DNA of 64,000 bases. Origin: Selaginella moellendorffii (lineage: Eukaryota > Plantae > Lycopodiophyta). The position numbers were made by a program, and so were the translations under genes. The stretch is from assembly GCF_000143415.4 (NCBI RefSeq), contig NW_003314268.1, positions 3,356,559-3,420,558 of the forward strand, written 5' to 3'. Under the pieces are notes generated by a model. The model saw nothing but the letters and a program-made list of their open reading frames with translations, was not told the origin of the DNA and searched no databases. The first letter of the stretch is position 1. Each line of letters opens with the position of its first letter. Shown in pieces: positions 56,141 through 64,000 of this stretch.

Positions 56141-56649
56141 AAGATAACACTTTAGGTATAATATAAAAGAAGGGGATGGTAAAGAATTAAGTTGAGCTCA
56201 ACTCAACTCAAGTCAATGTTAGTCAATGTAGTTAACCATAAGTTTTACAAAGAAATTCTATATTAGAAAAATGTTATTCTTTGGTGAACTTAAAATTCAT
56301 GAATTTAATTATTAATGGTTGAGGGAAGTTTATATTTTTTATACTGTTCATGGAGAAAACTTCTATTTTCTAATGCCTGCTATATAAATAGTTTCTAAAA
56401 TTAAAAGTTTATTCAAACATATATAATTGTTATTTCTACATTCACAATGTTCTAGTATAAAGGAGCTTTTTTGGGCCCAAATAAAAATGAAAATACTAAG
56501 CTTCTAACGAATTTATTATATATTTTGACATTTGATATTTTAACATTTCAGCCATTGAGTACCACACATCAACTTAAAAATATATAAATAATTTAAAACA
56601 CTATTTTATTCATTCATTCTCTAGAATTTTACAAAGGAAGACCAAAAAT

Positions 56650-56980
56650 AGCCACTCGGCACTGGTGGAGAGGGCCAAGTCTCAGTTTGAGGCGCTGGTA
56701 TGCGGTGAAAGCATAGCGGACAGCACTACCACTGTATGATCAACACGCTGGGACGAACCAACCGTCTGGAGGAGGCAATGCTGCTGGTGGAGAGCATGCC
56801 TTTCACCGCCAGTGGATCCGGAGTGACATGGTCGACGCTGTTGGCCGCTTGCTGCAACTGGAACAATGCAGAGGTGGGAAAAGCCGTGTTTGATCGCTTT
56901 GTGGAGTCGGACAGTGGTTCTAGTGACTCGGCTTGCTACATGCTCATCTCTATGGCAGCGCAGGCCTGGCATTTCGACAT
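56650..56980 (+). pseudogene. PPR E-domain remnant
   Basis: HYHCMINTLGR...EEA...SMPF...WSTLLAAC with no upstream repeat array. Confidence 0.6.
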
Positions 56981-57179
56981 GCAGTTTCTGGATTGTCCAA
57001 TTTTAGGTGAGTAGAGAGAAGATCGAGGTTTTCAAGAGTCCTATGTTATATGTGTATGGCATGTTGAACCAAGGTAGCAAACTATATTCCATCAGATAGT
57101 AGCAAAAAGATTTTTACATATACTTCCATCAAAAATTGGAAAACCTGAAAACTCTAGTGTTTACCGTCGGCTGGAGCAC

Positions 57180-58675
57180 CTAAGTGATCTCGAGGAGGCA
57201 CTTGCGTGCGTTCCACGCATTGAGCGCATCCTGGGGACTCCAGTTGGTGACTTGACGACCAACAAGAGTCTTGAGCATGCCATCGTAGAACCTCTTTTGC
57301 CCCCTGGCAAGCTCCGCTTCACCGCCAAGGGTAGGCATCTTGTTATACCCTTGCACCGTCCTGCAAGTCTGTCAATACCAAAGCGCTTGGGAACGCGGCT
57401 CTTACCTGATGAAGAAGCGGCCAACCGGGTGAAGACCATTGGGGATTCTCATCTCGATCTTAGCCAAGTCCTTCTTCCACGCTTCGAAGTTGTTCTGTAA
57501 TTCGGCGCGGGTGAAGCTTGGAGTGAATTTCTTCGGATTCACCTCCATCTTTTCTTCTGGGAACTCTGCGTACACGACCACAAATAGTTAGACGGGCAGC
57601 CGTTTATGCAGTCATTTACCTTGCAAGCTGGCCTGATCAATCTGATGGTTCTCCACCCAAACAAAACCATCTATTTCCAGGATTCCGTAATACCAGTCAT
57701 TCTTGTCACCGGCCTAGAAGACGATATGTCAGCGCTCATGATCCAAGTGACTCACTATTCTTACCATGATGGTCACTGGCGGCCTGTAGCTCTTCGGACG
57801 CGCCGCTGTCTCCACCAGTTCCTGTATGGTGTACATAGCTGGCCGGTAGAGATCCTCGACGCCCGCGTCGCGTCTGAAATCCACCGTCACCTTGAGGCGC
57901 AGTCCACGAAGCGTGTAGCGATTAGTGTACACGTACATCTTACAATCTGAGTGGTGCCTCGGAGAGCTCGCGGACTGAGGTTTTATCAGCGGGTAATCTG
58001 CTGAAGAGTCCGAAGACTGAGAGTTGGGAAGGTTTTCCTCGTCAACCTGGACCACCTGGGACTTGAGATCTTCCTTGTCAGCCTCATACTGGAGCACAAA
58101 GTCCGCTTTTTTGTCAGATGGCGATGACGGGTCTGGTGATTGGCCGCAAGCCGGCTCCTTTTCAAGTTCGCGGGGCCTTGTAAAGCGGCCAAGGTTCCGT
58201 AGCATCCTGTCCAGTATCGGTGCGACCTGCATCTCTCCTTTGCAATCACCTTGGAACGCAGTCGAGTAGGCGACATCGTTGGCGATGAGCCTGTTGACGC
58301 AGTGAAGAGTTTCGCCTGACATCTCCACGGCAGCAAACCTATAAAGGAGACTTGAAAAAAAAGAAACAAAGATTTGTCTAAAAACCTCACCGGTCGTACG
58401 AGGGCGTGTAATGCTTGATCTTGATCAAGCCATAGCGCATGCGAAAGTCGGCCTCTTTGATGTCGCTTGGAGGAATGGCGAAGAGTTGCTCCTCGCGCGC
58501 TCCAGCCAGTTGGGCGATCATGGCTTGTAGCTGTCCAGAGCCACATGTCGAGCCATGACTAGACAAGACAGGGAGAGCTTACCGATTTCACGGGCAGCTT
58601 GTTGAGGTGCTCCATTAGCTTTTGCCGCTTGGTTAGCCGCTTGCCCTGCCGTTCCACGTAGTCTTCGTCCTCCAT
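57180..58675 (-). CDS. Uncharacterised multi-exon protein
   Basis: MEDEDYVERQG start; open exons separated by ~50 bp GT-AG introns; ends KCLLEIT-stop. Confidence 0.6.
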
Positions 58676-59649
58676 TGAAGCCCTAAATCGGAATAGAATT
58701 CCTAACCGTTGAAGAAGAATTTATACTTTCCTCACGCAACCACCATTGATCTAGTTTTAATCTAACGGCTGATAAAACAGAGAAGGAACGTTATGCCCTA
58801 ATCTCGATGTCAATTTTGTGTTTTTTTCAGAGCATGTGACTCTATGCATGTAAGGTCTTTCGTCGCCTACTGTGTTCGTCGAAGTTATGCTTCATCCACA
58901 AAAGAACAGAACTGGAAACAGTCAGCAGGAGCGGCAGGATGAGATCTATGAATAATCTGTGTGCGACGGCCCTCACCTCATCTACGACGACATGCAGCAG
59001 GGAATTGCAAGTCTGTGTGTCATGGTGCCTAGCGGGAGAAATCCAGCACAATGTCGGTGCACATTATGTCTCTCGAGGTAATGTTTGTTGAGAAGATTTT
59101 AACGTTTTTACCATGACCTCTCGCGAGTTTCTTTTCCTAATTGAGGGAAACATGAAAGTGTTCGACAAGATGAAACGCTGGGGCTCTATCTTTTGGATAA
59201 TGCTCCTTCTGGGATATGTCAAGAGTGGGAGAGCAGAGGCAGGTGCTAGAGCTCCTGGCTGAAGTGGCCAATGCTCCAATGCTAGCTGCTGCTCTAAAAG
59301 CCTACTGGAGCCTGGCAACCAGAACAAACTTCAGACTTTGCCAGGCTAACGTATGCATTGGGGACTGTATTGTAAATGTGATTTCTAAAAATGTAATTTC
59401 AGGTATTGAAAGATATTTGTTAATTAGTCTTTTCAAACATTTTCTTCTACTAATGTCAAGATACATTATGATATTGTGTAACTCTCTAGTTCAAGCATAA
59501 GGAGCCCTCAATGTTGATTTTTTTTATAAAAACAAACTAGCATTGAAATCCAAGTGGCTGACTGACGAACTTCATAAACCAGAGTGTTTGATTTTGTAAG
59601 TGTGGCTTTTGAAAGGAAATGGATTTTTTTTAGTATTGAAATATAAATA

Positions 59650-60440
59650 AGTTCCATGACAAATTTTTCCATGTGTGTTTGGAACGGTTTTGATGTGAGA
59701 GTTATCTCACCTCCTAGTATAATGGAAGTAACTTGCTGTAGTATGTCTAGCATCAGCAACATATATGGAACAAGAGGATATCTAAAAGAAGTTAAAATTG
59801 TTAAGAAAATAAATGAAGATTGCACCCTTTGTCTTGCTTGCATGGCATACCAATATGTCACTAGCTATTGTGAAGGCAAGTTCTAGACTATAAAACTATA
59901 CCTAATCAATCTCTCACTTTTTTATTTGTTTCCAATGCCAATGATTACTATAGTGGTTGTGGCAAAATTTGCACAAAAGAACATATGTCACCAATGCCAC
60001 GTTAATGCCTTTTGCCAACTGTTATCTCAGCCCCATGTATAACCTTGCTAATATTTTGTTGAGCAACAAAGTTGTTATAACTCAATGAAATAAATTTATT
60101 GAAGCTAATGTTCTAATGTTGGGGTATGATTCTAGAGATATTCCCAGATATACTCAGAGATTATACATTTCATTATTGAGATGGATGATAGAACACATTT
60201 TTCAATGGCATTTTCTAGTGAGAGATTTATTTTCATGGGATTTGAATGTGCAAAGAGGTTGCAAGATTCCCTCACAACAAAGCAACTCTCTGCTATGAGC
60301 ACAGAAGGGAAGTACAAACTTAAGATTCCTAATCTTGGCTTAGCAGTAGCTGTGGATGGAAGAGGTAATGGTATATCTCTTCTAAATCAATAGCAACATC
60401 AGAACAAGTACATGGTCTAAGAGGCATTAGGTGTAGAGGT
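59650..60440 (+). pseudogene. Possible decayed Mutator-like transposase remnant
   Basis: FIFMGFECAKRL...EGKYKL...LAVAVDGRGN loosely resembles the MULE core; several stops. Confidence 0.3.
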
Positions 60441-61953
60441 GACTCAAGTTGTATAGTAAATTAAGTTATAAAGTTTTATAGGTTGAATGCCCCACAGCTC
60501 TAGAATATGAGCCAATTCCCACTATTTAGATTGGCCAACAAGCTTAACTGATAGCTGGCTTGTCTGGAACCAGCATGGGGCTGGTATAGCAAGCACCATC
60601 TATGGAGCTCTAGAAGATGGCATTAGACATTATAGTCAACGGTGAGGGAGTTCTCTAACTAGCTTTTCTTCTTTATATCTTATACACTGGACGGTATGGA
60701 GCACTTACTCCATACTGTGGATTGAGAGTTTTGTGATTTCTCCTACCCTAGAAAGCTATTCTTAGCAAGGCCGTCAACGACGGAACCGAACACAATGACT
60801 ATCACCACCTACATAGTTGACAAGGAAGTCACGTACTAGATGTCTTCTAAGACATCGTCCATCACGAGGTTACAGAGTTTGAAGAGTATAGGCTCGAATG
60901 GAGGAGCGATCAATCTCTTGATAGATAGATAGATTCTTAGAGCGCTTACACTCTGTCCAGTATTTCCTCGTCGCTGGATTTTTGCGTTCCGTTTAGAATC
61001 GTGTATTTCACTGTGCCAATCTTGATTCCGGACTGGTCTTACACAGTCACAAATTCCTCCAGGGAAAACGGTACGTAAAACTTACTCCCCACCACCTGGA
61101 TCTCGCCTGGCTGGCTCAGAATGACGCACTTGGATCTCACCATCTATAGCCATCATCAAGAAAAGAGTGCAAGTTAAAAACTTTTTTAAAGTCTACAAAC
61201 TTATGCAAAGAAAAACTGCTATGTCTGAGAGCACGGTCTTCTCGTAAGACCATCAACACAAAGCTTCTGCCCTGCTAGATCTTAGCTCAAGAGGCTCATC
61301 TTCTTGTTGCCATCGCTATTCTCATCTCCAACAACTTGTGGTGGCCATTGCTTTATTGGGTCTCTCATGGCAATCTTGAAGATCAATGAAACACTGAACA
61401 CTTGTTGTGAAGATGGTTATTGTTAGCTTGTCAACCTCTATGCATAGAGTTGGTTTACTATATCACAACCAAAGAAGATGGAGCACTCTTGCCTCAGCAC
61501 GGCCTAGATCCTGGGTGGGGCCATTTCAAAGGTATTGTCAAAGATTTCAAGGCAACATATTGATGGACACAAACTAGAGGGATCCAGAAGAATGGGGGTC
61601 CAAAGTATTGGCTCAAGACCAATGGAAGTTTGAAAATAAAATGTTTTAATTGTAATGTCAAAAGAATATTTGGAACTTAAAAATTATTATTATCATTATG
61701 ATTTATTTATCTTATCATTTTTTATATTATAGAGATAAATAAGTAAACTACAAATTACATTTTGGTTTAATAAATTTGAAATATAAATTAAAAAATTTAC
61801 TACACATAAGTAATTAATAATTTAGAATATTTTCCCAGCTCAAACCCCTGCAAAATGTAGTGGGATGCTTGCCATTAGAGCTTGAGATAATAGCTTAAAG
61901 CTTAAACTCAATAAAAATAAGGCCATCTTTTAGGTTATGACTTTTCACCAAGG

Positions 61954-62759
61954 ATGCTTTCACGAGTTTTAGGAAGCAAGCGCTTGACCAGCAATGGTTT
62001 ACGGTCCTTTCAAGTGTACAGATACAATCCCCAAGATGGCAAATCACCCCACCTCCAAGAGTACAAGGTTGACACCAGCAACTGCGTTATGATGCTTGAT
62101 GTTTTGTTTGAGATCAAGAACAAGCATGATTCGAGTATCACGTTTAGGCGTTCTTGTCGCGAAGGTGTATGTGGCTCTTGCGCCATGAACATCAATGGTA
62201 AGAACTGCCTGGCATGCTTAACAAAAGTTGACAGGGATGAGGATGGTATTGCTTCTACTGTGGTGTTGCCTCTGCCACATATGTTTGTGATTAAGGACCT
62301 GGTGGTGGACATGACTTATTTTTATCAGCAATACAAGAGCATTGAGCCATGGTTGAAGACCAAAAAGCAAAAAGAAGATGGCCAAAAAGAGTTCTTGCAA
62401 ACCAAAGAGGAGAGAGCAAAACTGGACGGGATGTGGGAGTGTATCCTATGTGCTTGTTGTAATACTTCTTGCCCTAGCTACTGGTGGAACACACCTACAT
62501 TCCCTGGTCCAGCAATTCTGCTCCAAGCATATAAGTAAGTACCATTCCATTCTTTTTCCTAGTAAAATTTTCCAAATGTTTACTGTTTATTAGAATGATT
62601 GCTGATAGCCGCGATGACTTTACCAAAGAGCGTGTGGAGGCCCTCCGTGGAGAGATGAAGATTGGAAGATGCCACACTATTCGCAATTGCTCTAATGCTT
62701 GTCCAAAGGGACTGAATCCCGCTGAAAAGATCCTACAGATCAAAGGGATGCTTGGGTAA
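61954..62759 (+). CDS. SDH2: Succinate dehydrogenase iron-sulfur subunit
   Basis: [30 protein letters not shown] and [17 protein letters not shown] motifs; intron 62535-62593. Confidence 0.93.
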
Positions 62760-63201
62760 AGAGTTCATAAATTTAAATAAACATCACAAGCTCATGTCGT
62801 TTTTAAATACTCTTGACAAAACAACACCGGTAGATTAGAATAAAGAGCAAATGGACGGCTTGGATGGAAACTCGTCAGACATGCCTTCTTTTTTCTTTTG
62901 CACGGGATTTAAATGGTAAGATCGATCTCGAAATATTTGTCAGAGAACATTATCTGTGACAGTGGATCGAGGACGACGGTGTTTGGAAGCCAGCTCGTTT
63001 AGAAGATCTCGATGTCGAAGAGTCAAGGTTTGGCTATTAACCATCTCAAGCCTGTATTCTCACAAGCTTTCATGGTTGACGCGACCGACGAGAACTCGCA
63101 GCTCGAGGAGGAGACTTCAAAAGCCAGGCCTGCCGCTTTACTTTTACTCTTATGGTTTCTTTCTTTCCAGAGACAAGCGAATTACATCGAGCGATCGTGA
63201 A

Positions 63202-63940
63202 TTAGTACTTGAAAACAACCTCGTTCTTCTCCAATTTTATGAACGAGAACTTGAGGCTGGTCCGGCCAAGCTCGTGGCTCTTCTGGATTCCTTCCCGGCA
63301 CAGTGTAAGTGCATCCTCGAACTCGGAGTTCTCGATGTTTCGGCTCGAGTTCTCCTCGTTGAGCCAGTCCAGGATGGTACTGCCAGCGGATCCCGCTGCT
63401 CCAGCTTTAACTCGCATAATTCCCAGCCCCGTTTCTGCGAACTTGCCGATGATGAAGCGCTCCTTGGCGTCCACAACGAAGATGTTGAAGTCGTCCTCCA
63501 TATCCAGAAGGTCCAGGTAAACCACCAACGCTCGTGCTACGGCCGCAGCAGTGCTCAGGTGGTGGAAATCTCGAACCAAGAAGGACGAAGCGCGGTCTTT
63601 CACCTGGATCGAGAAACATTGCAAGCATTTTTTGTAATTTGATGAGCAGTGTCCTTACCTGGAGCGAGCCGGCAAACGCAAGCCACACGCGCTCGTTCAC
63701 GTTCCAAATCTTACAGTGATCGTCCTTGATGAGACACTGCTCGGACTGGAAGAAGAGAGATCCATCGGCAGCCAGCAGCGTACCATGCTTATACGTAAGG
63801 CATATGAGCACAGTATTGCTAAAGCACTCCTGAAACCAGTTAAAGAAAAGAGCTTCTCGATCGATAGTCTATAGGAAGCTTACCTGTGCAGCTAGCTTCA
63901 CGAACGCTTCTCCATTCTCGTTCACGCGGTCGTAGCTCCT
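63202..63940 (-). CDS. Divergent proteasome beta-subunit-like (Ntn-fold) protein; 5' end may lie outside the window
   Basis: NTVLICLTYKHGTLLAAD...CKIWNVNERVWLAFAG spliced (intron 63604-63658) to an exon carrying AGSAG and EFEDALTLCREGI. Confidence 0.55.
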
Positions 63941-64000
63941 GGCCGAGAAGAAATTGAAAAGGATAAAAGACGAATCCCAATTGAGAAGTTATCTACCTGG

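Overview
Eukaryotic nuclear DNA from a compact plant genome. The ~50-60 bp GT-AG introns, dense genes, several PLS-class PPR genes or relics and a ciliary DNAAF5-like relic suggest a flagellate-sperm plant such as the lycophyte Selaginella (inference). Bases 1-22.6 kb are a nested retroelement block with four parts. (1) An old non-coding LARD-like LTR element on the minus strand. (2) A younger element of the same family inserted into it in the opposite orientation (1282-10335, TSD CTAAT); its 5' LTR is replaced by a microhomology-joined chain made of an inverted 2.3 kb self-copy and a TRIM segment. (3) A Ty3/gypsy element (14479-19998, 175 bp LTRs, 4 bp TSD) with a GGGAAAC plus pseudoknot -1 frameshift signal and a one-ended TRIM inserted in gag. 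(4) A second decayed LTR element with a 4 bp TSD. Bases 23-64 kb are gene-rich: a membrane protein, EFG1, a MAGL/CSE-like hydrolase, BRR2, 6PGD, a zinc-finger-fused NADP-GDH, a DNAAF5 relic, a trypsin-like/SANT-like orphan, MNS3, PRMT1, a PPR protein with a degenerate DYW domain, an orphan gene, SDH2 and a highly divergent proteasome-beta-like gene. All alignments, splice calls and mismatch counts were made by eye.
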